Shown here one piece after another: positions 19,341-27,893 of a stretch of 64,000 bases of DNA (positions are counted from its first letter, which is position 1; each line of letters begins with the position of its first letter). Made by a program: the position numbers and the translations under genes. Below the pieces are notes generated by a model that saw only the letters and a list, made by a program, of their open reading frames with translations, was not told where the DNA came from and did no database searches. The stretch covers positions 13,500-77,499 of the forward strand of contig JBKBRF010000035.1 of NCBI GenBank assembly GCA_046292385.1. Reading direction: 5' to 3'. Source of the stretch: Armatimonadota bacterium (GTDB lineage Bacteria > Armatimonadota > SYMT01).

Positions 19341-19440
19341 TCCTCTCACTTGACTGGTATGCGCCGCCAACCCCGGGGGTAGGGGCGGCAGGCCGGTAGA
19401 TGATACCCTGTCACGCAGTTGCAGTTCCCGCCCGGGATCG

Positions 19441-19474
19441 GCTGCCGAGATCCTTCACTGACGTTCAGGATGAC
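19441..19474 (+). repeat. Dispersed REP-like repeat GCTGCCGAGATCCTTCACTGACGTTCAGGATGAC
   Basis: Near-identical to copies at 30084-30113 and 30309-30343, and an inverted copy at about 30186-30210. Confidence 0.7.
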
Positions 19475-19645
19475 TGGGGTGTACTGCGGTTGCGGCCCAG
19501 CACAAGAACTGTCATGTTGAGCCAGCCGCCGCCCGGGCGCGAGGTAGCGGCTGACCTGCGAAACATCTTACCGCCGGGCTCGGAACGCTGCCCCTGCACG
19601 TGCGTTCGACGGTACCCGCGCACCGCACCGTCGGGTACTCGGAGA

Positions 19646-20092
19646 CTAGCTCCCCGCGTAATACTCGCCCGTGACGGCGGCGCGGACCGCCAGCTCGTCG
19701 GCGCGCTCGTTGGCGGGGTGGCCGGAGTGGCCGGCGACCTTGCCCATCTCGAAGCGCGCGCACTCCCGGGCGAGGGCGCGGACCTCGTCGACCAGCTCCT
19801 TGTTCGCCTTCACCTTCCAGTTCTGCGTCAGGCAGCCGATGGCGTAGGCGCTGTCGGTGTAGATCTTCACGCGGGTGCGCGCCCGGTCCTTGACCTTCAA
19901 GAGCGCCTCGCGGATCGCCATCAGCTCCGCCTTCTGGTTGGTGCCGCGCCCGAGCGGGATCGCCCACTCCCGCTCCACCTTGCCGGCCCGCCCAACGATC
20001 CCGGCGCCCATCGGCCCGCCTTCGACCGACTTCCCGTTCCCCGGGCACGCGCCGTCCGTATAGAACTCGATGCTGGTGACCTCGTCTGCCAT
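19646..20092 (-). CDS. rnhA: Ribonuclease HI
   Basis: YTDGACPGN, TNQKAELMA, YTDSAY and GHSGHPANERADELA. Confidence 0.93.
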   Translation of the reverse strand: MADEVTSIEFYTDGACPGNGKSVEGGPMGAGIVGRAGKVEREWAIPLGRGTNQKAELMAIREALLKVKDRARTRVKIYTDSAYAIGCLTQNWKVKANKELVDEVRALARECARFEMGKVAGHSGHPANERADELAVRAAVTGEYYAGS

Positions 20093-20176
20093 TCCTCTTC
20101 CCACCTCTCCGTGGACGCATGCTACACGGTGAACACCGATCCGACTACCCATCTCGTCCGCGAAGTGCGGTCCGGA

Positions 20177-21091
20177 TTACCGCATGAGGAGCACGTCGAC
20201 TGCCACCACGACCAGCAGCCCGAGGCTGACGACGCCGTTCACCGTGAAGAAGGCGGCGTTCACGCGGGAGAGGTCGTTCCACCGCACGAGGCTGTGCTCG
20301 TACACCAGGAGTCCCGCCACCAGCAGCACCCCGCCGTAGTAGACGGCGCCGAGGAGCCGCACCGGCAGCAGCAGCGGGAGCGCCAGCAGCAGCGCCGTGG
20401 TGGCGGCGTGCATCAGGCGGCTCACCCAGAGCGCCCGCGCCACGCCGAGGCGCGCCGGAATCGAGTGGAGCCCCGCGCGGCGGTCGAACTCCGCGTCCTG
20501 GCAGGCGTAGATGATGTCGAACCCGCCGACCCAGAGCAGCACCGCCGCCGTCAGCAGCACCGGCGCCCACTCCAGGCTGCCCCGCACCGCGATCCACGCC
20601 GCGGAGGGGGAGATGCCGATCGCCAGCCCGAGGACGATGTGGCAGAAGCTGGTGAACCGCTTGGTGAAGGAGTAGCCCCAGATGACCGCCAGCGCCACCG
20701 GGCTGAGCGCCAGCGCCAGCGGGTTGAGCTGCCACGCCGCGGCGACGAAGAGCGCCGTGGTGGCCACGACGAAGAGCCAGACCTGCGCCGGCGTGAGCTG
20801 CCCCGCCGGGAGCGCGCGGGTGGCGGTGCGCGGGTTGCGGCGGTCGAACTCCAGGTCGACCAGCCGGTTGAACGCCATCGCGCTGCTGCGGGCGCCGACC
20901 ATCGCCACCACGATCCAGAGCAGCACCCGGCCGGACGGGATGCCTCCCGCCGCCAGCAGCGCCGCGATGAGCGCGAACGGCAAGGCGAAGACGGTGTGCT
21001 CGAACTTGATCATCTCCAGGATGATCCGGAGCTGCCGCCAGCCGCGGCCTATCGGAGAAAGCGCTTCAGCCGACACCTGCTTGCCTCGCAT
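20177..21091 (-). CDS. UbiA-family polyprenyltransferase (futalosine-pathway MqnP-like)
   Basis: IKFEHTVFALPFA, AMAFNRLVD..FDRRNPRT..R.LP, YSFTKRFT and FDIIYACQD. Confidence 0.9.
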   Translation of the reverse strand: MRGKQVSAEALSPIGRGWRQLRIILEMIKFEHTVFALPFALIAALLAAGGIPSGRVLLWIVVAMVGARSSAMAFNRLVDLEFDRRNPRTATRALPAGQLTPAQVWLFVVATTALFVAAAWQLNPLALALSPVALAVIWGYSFTKRFTSFCHIVLGLAIGISPSAAWIAVRGSLEWAPVLLTAAVLLWVGGFDIIYACQDAEFDRRAGLHSIPARLGVARALWVSRLMHAATTALLLALPLLLPVRLLGAVYYGGVLLVAGLLVYEHSLVRWNDLSRVNAAFFTVNGVVSLGLLVVVAVDVLLMR

Positions 21092-21121
21092 CCCTCAGGG
21101 GTCTCGCGTACTTCCCGACCC

Positions 21122-22564
21122 TTAAAGCCCGAGCTGACCCCAGACGCGGTCGACCTTCTTCTTCACGTCCGGGTCCATCACGATGTCCGGCGGCCACTCC
21201 CGCGTGAAGCCTTCGCTGGCCCACTTGATGGTGCCGTCGATGCCCATCTTGCTGCCGAAGAACTGGTTCGTGCTGGCGTGGTCCAGGTGGTCGACCGGCC
21301 CGCGGGTGAAGAGGATGTCGCGCTGGGCGTCGATGTTGTTGCTCACGCGCCAGAGCACCTCGCCGGGGTCGTGCACGTTCACGTCGTGGTCCACCACCAC
21401 GATGCACTTGCAGAACATCATCTGACCCAGGCCCCAGAGCGCGTTCATCACCTTGTAGGCGTGCCCGGGGAAGCGCTTCTTGATCGAGACGATCACCAGG
21501 TTGTGGAAGCAGGCCTCCACCGGGAGGTTCATGTCGACGACTTCCGGCAGCACCAGGCGCAGCAGCGGCAGGAAGATCCGCTCCGTTGCCTTGCCGAGCC
21601 AGGCGTCTTCCATCGGGGGGCGGCCGACGATGGTGCTCGGGTAGATCGGGTTCTTGCGCCGGGTGACGCAGGTGAGGTGGAAGACCGGGAACGCCTCCTG
21701 CAGCGTGTAGTAGCCGGTGTGGTCGCCGAAGGGACCCTCGATCCGCCGCTCCTGCGGATCGATGTAGCCCTCCAGCACGATGTCGCTCTCCGCCGGGACC
21801 TCCAGGTCGGAGGTCTCGCACTTCACCAGCGGGACCGACTTCCCGCGCAGCCAGCCGGAGAAGAGGAGCTCGTCGATCTCCGGCGGCAGCGGCGCGGTGG
21901 CGGCGTAAGTGAGCACCGGGTCGCCGCCGAGGCAGACCGCCACCGGGAAGCGCTCCCGCGCCACCCGCTCGTGCTCCGCGCCGGTCTTGTGGAGCTGCCA
22001 GTGCATCCCGGTGGTGCGGCTGTCGTACTTCTGCATGCGGTACATGCCGACGTTCCGCTTCCCGGTCACCGGATGCCGCGTGACTACCAGCGGGAGCGTG
22101 ATGAACGGACCGCCGTCGTCCGGCCAGCAAGTCTGGATCGGGAGGAAGTCGAGCGACGGGTTCTCCCGCTCGATCACTTCCTTGCAGGGACCGGAGGAGA
22201 CGCGCCGGGGCGGGGCGGAGGTGGCGACGTCGAGCAGCGCGCCGCCGAGGCCGAGCTTGTCGCCGAGCGTCTTCGGCATCCGCATCATGCGGCCGAGCAG
22301 CTCTTCCAGGCGGCGGGCGACGTCGTCGAGATCCTCCGCGCCGAGCGCCATGCTCATCCGCCGGCGGGAGCCGAACGCGTTGGTGAGGAGGGGGATCTCC
22401 GAGCCCTTGGGGCGCTCGAAGAGGAGCGCCGGGCCGCCCGCCTTGACGACGCGGTCGGTAATCTCGGTGATCTCGAGGTGCGGGTCGGCGGGGTAGCTGA
22501 TCCGTTTCAGCTCTCCGGCGCGCTCGAGGCGGTGGACGAACTCTTCGAGGGATGCGTAGGCCAT
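21122..22564 (-). CDS. UbiD-family decarboxylase (menaquinone biosynthesis type)
   Basis: WPDDGGPFIT, NVGMYRMQ, EGPFGDHTGYY and GSKMGID motifs. Confidence 0.93.
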   Translation of the reverse strand: MAYASLEEFVHRLERAGELKRISYPADPHLEITEITDRVVKAGGPALLFERPKGSEIPLLTNAFGSRRRMSMALGAEDLDDVARRLEELLGRMMRMPKTLGDKLGLGGALLDVATSAPPRRVSSGPCKEVIERENPSLDFLPIQTCWPDDGGPFITLPLVVTRHPVTGKRNVGMYRMQKYDSRTTGMHWQLHKTGAEHERVARERFPVAVCLGGDPVLTYAATAPLPPEIDELLFSGWLRGKSVPLVKCETSDLEVPAESDIVLEGYIDPQERRIEGPFGDHTGYYTLQEAFPVFHLTCVTRRKNPIYPSTIVGRPPMEDAWLGKATERIFLPLLRLVLPEVVDMNLPVEACFHNLVIVSIKKRFPGHAYKVMNALWGLGQMMFCKCIVVVDHDVNVHDPGEVLWRVSNNIDAQRDILFTRGPVDHLDHASTNQFFGSKMGIDGTIKWASEGFTREWPPDIVMDPDVKKKVDRVWGQLGL

Positions 22565-22634
22565 GGGGCGCCGGGCGCGATACTGCCCCCGGGGAACGGC
22601 CCGGAAGTGGGTGCCTGGGGGTCTGGTGATTGTA

Positions 22635-23330
22635 TCACCCGGTCCGGGTGGCTCCTCGCGCGTCCTCCCGCTCCCGGCGCGGCGCCAGCGCCCGGAACTG
22701 CTCCACCGGCAGCTTCACCCCGGCGGAGGAGCCGTCGCGGTTCCTCACGGAGAGGATCACCGCGGTCGCATCCGCCGGCACGCGCAGCGGTCCCGCGTAC
22801 GGCGCGCCGGTGAGCACCAGCGAGTCGAGCGCCTTCCCGCCCACGCCGATCGCCTCCAGCTCGACTCTCGTCACGGCCTCGCGCGGACCGGTCCAGCGCA
22901 CGCGGTACGCCTCGTCGTCCTCGCTCGTCACCTGGATCTGCCGCTTCGCCTCGGAGACGAGGTCTCCCGAGGTGCCGCCAATCACCCGCGAGCGACCGCC
23001 GGGCACCTGGTAGCGAAGCGGCAGTGGGTCGAAGGTCCACGCCAGGAACGGGGTGGCCGGATGGTAGAACTGGAAGATCGGCGTGAGTGAGTACGGGTAG
23101 ACGTACGGAACCGCATAGGCGTAGGGGCTCAGCAGCGCGCCGCCGTAGAAACCGGGATAGTAGGAGTAGGCCAGTGGATACCAGGGCGCGTAGCCGGGGT
23201 AGTAGCTGGTCGGCGTGGAGACGTAGACCTGATGGTAGTAGGCAATCGACGGCCCCGCGTAGCCCTGCGACTGCGCGGGGCTCGCGAGCGCCGCCGCGGC
23301 GGCGGCACAGGTCAGGATGAGCCGGTGCAT
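22635..23330 (-). CDS. Secreted protein with Tyr/Pro-rich N-terminus, function unknown
   Basis: GAGGAGG RBS; signal peptide ending AQS; YYPGYAPWYPLAYSYYPGFYG segment; beta-rich C-terminus. Confidence 0.75.
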   Translation of the reverse strand: MHRLILTCAAAAAALASPAQSQGYAGPSIAYYHQVYVSTPTSYYPGYAPWYPLAYSYYPGFYGGALLSPYAYAVPYVYPYSLTPIFQFYHPATPFLAWTFDPLPLRYQVPGGRSRVIGGTSGDLVSEAKRQIQVTSEDDEAYRVRWTGPREAVTRVELEAIGVGGKALDSLVLTGAPYAGPLRVPADATAVILSVRNRDGSSAGVKLPVEQFRALAPRREREDARGATRTG

Positions 23331-23431
23331 CGGTCGGCCTCCTCGCCGCCGCGTTCCCACGGGTGGGATCCGGAGCGGCGTACGTCTGTATTCCCGCGCT
23401 CCCGCTCCGCCGGAAACGCGATCCCGGAAGA

Positions 23432-23842
23432 TTACTTCGCCACGCTGAACGGGAAAGTGAACTTCGCCTCCGGGTGCCCCGGCCGCGCCACGGTAACGTG
23501 GGCCTCCCACTTCCCCTGGAGGCCAGTCGAGACCTCCCGCGCCTCGTAGTGTCCGGGCGCGGCCTCCATCAGCTGCACGGTCGGGCCCTGCTGCTCGCTG
23601 AACGAGAGGTAGGAGGTGGCGACCTCCACCTGCGCCCCGGTGACCGGCTGTCCCGAGTCGGCGAGCGTGAGCACGAAGGCGGTATCGTGACCCACCCGCG
23701 GCGGCGCCGGCTGGGTAGCGAAGTCCGCGGTCAGCGTTCCCTGCGTCTGCTTCGGCTGCAGCGCAGGTTTAGCGCTGCTGCAGCCGCCCGCGAAGAGCGC
23801 CGCGGCGGCGAGCGCGATCGTTGGCAAAGGGAAGAGCTTCAT
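23432..23842 (-). CDS. YtkA/FixH-like lipoprotein
   Basis: Lipobox AGGC; LTLADSGQPVTGAQVEV...PGHYEA...GKWEAHVTV; AGGAGG RBS. Confidence 0.75.
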   Translation of the reverse strand: MKLFPLPTIALAAAALFAGGCSSAKPALQPKQTQGTLTADFATQPAPPRVGHDTAFVLTLADSGQPVTGAQVEVATSYLSFSEQQGPTVQLMEAAPGHYEAREVSTGLQGKWEAHVTVARPGHPEAKFTFPFSVAK

Positions 23843-23915
23843 CAGCGTGCCTCCTACTCCTATAGTGGCAGGAACGACACACTTCTTCCTCTCGCCCGGC
23901 GGCGACGCGCGCGCG

Positions 23916-24950
23916 TCAATCCTCACGTGTCGCGGCGGGCGGGCGACGGACGGCAGCCGGAACGCGTGAGAGCCGCACGATTCCGCAGCCGTAGTAACAG
24001 TTTCCCGCTACATCCGTGGCCAGGTAGGTCCAGCGCATCCTCCAGGCACCGTACTCCTCGCACCAGCTGAATAGCTTGCTGCTCCGAACCATGCTCCGCG
24101 GTGGAATCCAGCCGTTCTCCGTACCGAAGGCGCGGTCGAACTCCGCGGCTCCGAGCGGTGGATCATCCCGGTCTTCCGCCCGCCGCCAGCGGAACCGGTG
24201 TCGCACGGAAGGCCAGAACTCATCGATCTGGAGGGGGACATCCGTATCGTTTCGGACTTCCGTGACGTAGCTCCAGACGTAGCCCTGCTTTTCCGGATCC
24301 CACCTGACCTCGGCGCAGGGATCTGGAGACAGAGCGACCGTCAGGCCGGGCGAGAGGCGGTAGCGGGCCAGAACCAACCGCTCCACCCAGGCCGGCGCGT
24401 CGAGCTTGCGCAGCTGCCAGATCGTGCGCCGCCGCAGCGAGTCGGTGCTCCAGAAGCCCGCGGGGAGCGTGTCCTGCCACTCTCGCTCGTCCCGCAGCTT
24501 CTCCCCGCCCGGCGCGCGGCGCGTGAGGACCTCCACCGCTCGGTTGCAGATCGCCTCTACCCGAGCGCGCAGCGGGGGCTCGTATCCGATCCCCAGGTGG
24601 AAGAGCCAGGCGTGGGTGGCCTCGTGGATCAGGGTGCCGGCCAGCTCCAGCGCGGTGCGTTCCTCTGAAAGGACTACCTGGCGGCAGAGGTAGACCAGCC
24701 CCAGCGATTGCTTCCACTCCCCGGCAGACCCCAGCGGACCAACGATCAAGATCCCGCGGGCGTGGCGGCGCAGGCGCGCGAAGCGGCCGGGGCTGTAGCT
24801 GGAGATCAGGTCGAGCGCCTGCGCCAACTTGGCAAAGGCCCTCTCCTGCTCTTCGCGCGAGTCGAGGCAGGCCGCGACCCGGATTCCGTGCAGCTCGCGA
24901 GCGGGCAGCCTCCTGAACAGGAACGCGTCGAACCGGTCAGGCACGTTCAT
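23916..24950 (-). CDS. Hypothetical protein: HEXXH domain plus ApaG-like C-terminal domain
   Basis: TLIHEATHAW with downstream E..C; WSYVTEVRNDTDVPLQI resembles the first strands of ApaG. Confidence 0.6.
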   Translation of the reverse strand: MNVPDRFDAFLFRRLPARELHGIRVAACLDSREEQERAFAKLAQALDLISSYSPGRFARLRRHARGILIVGPLGSAGEWKQSLGLVYLCRQVVLSEERTALELAGTLIHEATHAWLFHLGIGYEPPLRARVEAICNRAVEVLTRRAPGGEKLRDEREWQDTLPAGFWSTDSLRRRTIWQLRKLDAPAWVERLVLARYRLSPGLTVALSPDPCAEVRWDPEKQGYVWSYVTEVRNDTDVPLQIDEFWPSVRHRFRWRRAEDRDDPPLGAAEFDRAFGTENGWIPPRSMVRSSKLFSWCEEYGAWRMRWTYLATDVAGNCYYGCGIVRLSRVPAAVRRPPAATRED

Positions 24951-25022
24951 AGGCGGGGCGTTTCGTCGTAGATCTCACGCCGAACGCCGGTACGCTACCC
25001 CAACTCACGGGCGGTCGCCCAC

Positions 25023-25742
25023 TTACCCGGCTGGCGGCGGGATGGTGACCGGGACCCGGGCGGTGTTGTTCTCGGTGCTCTTCTCCAGCAGCCGGCCTTC
25101 CGGGTCGAGGCGGACCTCCAGCGTGTAGTCGCCGGGGGGAAGGCCGGTCACGTCGACCCACTGTCCGTAGAGGTTGGCAGGGTAGACGTCCGACCAGCCG
25201 CGGGAGATGCCGGTGACGAAGCCTTTCAGGCTGCGGTTCACGGGGCAGGTCAGGTAATGCGGCTTCCGGCGCGCGCCGGGAAGCGGCGGATCGACCGGCG
25301 CGGTGTCCATCAGGCAGAAGGAGACCTTCTCCCCACCCGCCACCACCGTCTCATCGGCGGCCAGCAGACGGTACTCCGCCACGGCCAGCAGGTGCCAGTG
25401 GTAGTGCTCTTCGTGGAACTCGAACTCGCCCATGGCGCGAGCGCCGCGCTTGCCGCCCCGGTAGAAGAGGGTCTGCTCCGCCAGCATCGGGTCGCTGCGC
25501 CGCTTGCGGCGGCCGACTACCTCCACCGGTGCGTCGCCCAGGTTCAGGATGACCGTGGGAAAGCGCAGCAGCGTGCGGCCCTCTTCCTCGGAGAAGTAGG
25601 TCTCGGCGAGGTGGGCGGCCGACGGGACGAGGTCCGGCAGCAGCGGCTTCCGGGCGGCGGCCGGGGTGGCCCCGGAAGCGGTGGCGAGGCCGGCCAGCGA
25701 GGCGGCGGCGAGGGCGATCCGGCAGACGCGCAGGGTATTCAT
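25023..25742 (-). CDS. Secreted lysyl oxidase family protein, catalytic motifs intact
   Basis: LPDLVP, LRFPT, FHEEHYHWH, KVSFCLMD, GISRGWSDVY, GQWVDVT.LPPGDYTL and E...ENN. Confidence 0.88.
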   Translation of the reverse strand: MNTLRVCRIALAAASLAGLATASGATPAAARKPLLPDLVPSAAHLAETYFSEEEGRTLLRFPTVILNLGDAPVEVVGRRKRRSDPMLAEQTLFYRGGKRGARAMGEFEFHEEHYHWHLLAVAEYRLLAADETVVAGGEKVSFCLMDTAPVDPPLPGARRKPHYLTCPVNRSLKGFVTGISRGWSDVYPANLYGQWVDVTGLPPGDYTLEVRLDPEGRLLEKSTENNTARVPVTIPPPAG

Positions 25743-25799
25743 CCCGCCGATTGTCGGCGGCGGCGGTCGCTCCCTTGCTCCGCGGAGGGTCGATTCTGT

Positions 25800-26132
25800 C
25801 TATTCCGGAATGATCAGCTCTTCCGCCTCGACCGGGCCCTTCGACGCGAGGGCCTCCCGCGCCACGAGCAGCCAGTAGGGCACCCGCTCGCCGGCCGCCT
25901 CCAGCCGGGTGATGGAAGCCGCAGGGACGTGCAGCGCGTCCTCGCGCGGGCCGCCGCCGCAGTCCGGGCAGAGGTACGGCTTGCCGGGGATCTCGGGGCG
26001 GCAGTTGAGGCAGAGCGCCCGGGAGCAGCCGGCGCACTGGCGCGCGGTGCGGAAGCGGCGGCCGTCCGAGGGGCAGAAGGCGCAGTCCGCCATGCTGGCG
26101 CTGGAGAAGCGTTCACCGGTGGAAGAGGGCAT
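25800..26132 (-). CDS. Small protein with four CxxC pairs (putative double Zn finger)
   Basis: CAFC, CAGC, CLNC and CPDC; GAGGT RBS before ATG 26132; alternative start 26093. Confidence 0.7.
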   Translation of the reverse strand: MPSSTGERFSSASMADCAFCPSDGRRFRTARQCAGCSRALCLNCRPEIPGKPYLCPDCGGGPREDALHVPAASITRLEAAGERVPYWLLVAREALASKGPVEAEELIIPE

Positions 26133-26250
26133 CGGAGGGACCTCGCGAGGGGAGTGGATCGCCCTCATGTTACTCCGTAGAGCAGCAAGTGACCGGCCCC
26201 ACATCGCCCGGTTGACAGCGGCGGGAGGGATACGGAATGGTAGGAGTGTT

Positions 26251-26411
26251 CCGTATTCCGTATCGCGTATCGCGTATTGCGTAGCGGAATGCTCTCACCG
26301 CTCTCCAGCACGTCGTGCCGGGCGAGGCGCCGCAAATAGCCTACCGCCCGGCACGACGCTCTCGCCAGGAGAGCCAGGCACGACGCTACGCAATACGAAA
26401 TACGCAATACG
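26251..26411. repeat. Inverted heptamer-repeat element (CGTATYN arrays flanking an internal inverted repeat)
   Basis: CGTATTGCGTAGCG 26273-26286 pairs with 26384-26397; CGTCGTGCCGGGCG 26311-26324 pairs with 26345-26358. Confidence 0.7.
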
Positions 26412-26495
26412 TACCCGGGGTCACAGTCCGCCTCGGCCGCTGTGCCCCCGCCGCGCCCGCCGCGCCACTTTGGGCCGAGAGAGGAGGCACGGTCG

Positions 26496-27179
26496 ATGTT
26501 TCGACTCGAAACCGCCGTCGTCCTGACGACGGCTGCGTTATTCGGCTTTGCCGCCGTAGGTACGGCGGCCCCCGCAAAAGGCAAGAAGGCTCCCGCTAAA
26601 CCGGCGAAGAAGACGACCCCCGCAAAGCCTGCCGCGAAGAAGACGGCCGCGCCGGCCGCGAAGCCGGTCGCCGCCGGGGTGGAGGCGCTCCGCAGCGCCG
26701 GCGTTCACGTGATGGAGCTGGCGCAGAACGACGACCGGCTGGAAGTGAGCTTCCATCTCCTGGGGGCTCAGGTGAAGGACGCCAACCTCGCGCCGCTCGC
26801 CTCGATGAAGAAGGTGGTGCGGGTCAACCTCGCCGGCACCGGGATCACCGACGCCGGTCTCGCCCACCTGAAGGGCCTGACCGACCTGACGAACCTCCAC
26901 CTGGAGAAGACGAAGATCACCGACGCCGGCCTGGCGCACCTGAAGGGCCTCGCCAATCTGGAGTACCTGAACCTCTACGGGACGCAGGTGACCGACGCCG
27001 GGCTGCAGCAGCTCGCCGGCCTCAAGAAGCTGAAGAGCCTCTACGTGTGGCAGACCCGCGTGACGGAGGACGGCGTGGCGAAGCTCCGGCAGACGCTGCC
27101 GCAGGTCGCCGTGATCCGCGGCGTCGACGCCCAGCCCGCCCAGGCAACCGCGACGACCACCGCCGCCGAGAAGAAGTAG
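26496..27179 (+). CDS. Secreted leucine-rich-repeat protein with Lys/Ala/Pro-rich N-terminus
   Basis: GAGGAGG RBS; signal peptide; repeated L.L..T.ITDAGL.HL..L. Confidence 0.9.
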   Translation: MFRLETAVVLTTAALFGFAAVGTAAPAKGKKAPAKPAKKTTPAKPAAKKTAAPAAKPVAAGVEALRSAGVHVMELAQNDDRLEVSFHLLGAQVKDANLAPLASMKKVVRVNLAGTGITDAGLAHLKGLTDLTNLHLEKTKITDAGLAHLKGLANLEYLNLYGTQVTDAGLQQLAGLKKLKSLYVWQTRVTEDGVAKLRQTLPQVAVIRGVDAQPAQATATTTAAEKK

Positions 27180-27280
27180 GGGATGCCAGGCATATTGGGG
27201 CCGCTGTGGGAGTCCGCGGGTGAGTCTCACAGCGGCTCCAGCGCGGCCCCGGGTATCGGGAGTGAGTGGCCGGGTTGTGG

Positions 27281-27330
27281 CCTCGGACTGAAGTCGAGGC
27301 TACAGAAAGCGAAGCCCGCCTGCGCGGGCT
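27281..27330 (+). repeat. REP-like double-hairpin element, copy 2
   Basis: CCTCGGACT-GA-AGTCGAGG, GCTAC, then AGCCCGC-CTGC-GCGGGCT. Confidence 0.55.
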
Positions 27331-27434
27331 GAGGGGCCGAAGCTAGGTCGGGCAGTGGCTACTTTTGATCTCCTCCGGCCGGAAGTTTTCACGTCCACGT
27401 AGGGCGATTCGCTCGGGCGGGACGCGCGGAGTGC

Positions 27435-27869
27435 ATGTCCATGCTCGATCTGGATGCGCCTATAGTCCCCGGCCTATGCGCCGCCGGCATCAGTCTTGGG
27501 GAGAGCGCTGAAACGATTCTCGCGTGGCGGCCAAACCGCGAGTCCATCCTCCCCGATGGTTGCACGCGCCTGGAGTTCGGACCGGTCCACGTGTGGCTGA
27601 AAGATCAGGCAGTGATGCAGATCGGCGTCTACCGCGGCTATACCGGGAGATTGGCGGAGAGGATCGGAATCGCCTCGACTATCGCCGAAGTCGAGTCATT
27701 GCTTGGGCCGGTGATCGAGGACGAAGAAGACAATCTGGTTGTGGCTGCGGTCCCGGGTTGGTGCTTCGAAACCGAGGAATGGGTACGCCAGGGTGGTCCG
27801 CGCAAAAACACGGTCTCCCGGATAGTAGGGATTTTCGTCTTTCAGGCCGATCGCGAGCTCGCGCCATGA
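27435..27869 (+). CDS. Hypothetical protein
   Basis: GGAG RBS; globular-looking 144-aa ORF with less GC-biased codon use. Confidence 0.65.
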   Translation: MSMLDLDAPIVPGLCAAGISLGESAETILAWRPNRESILPDGCTRLEFGPVHVWLKDQAVMQIGVYRGYTGRLAERIGIASTIAEVESLLGPVIEDEEDNLVVAAVPGWCFETEEWVRQGGPRKNTVSRIVGIFVFQADRELAP

Positions 27870-27893
27870 GTGGGAGAGCTCGATCGCTTCTAG

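Noticed and set aside
19400..22813. 1137-aa ORF on +, and similar long ORFs at 2394, 4226, 8391, 14453, 30454, 38230, 47422, 53772 and 59760
   Set aside because: Antisense shadows of well-supported genes in GC-rich DNA; Arg/Ala/Gly-rich with no recognisable motifs
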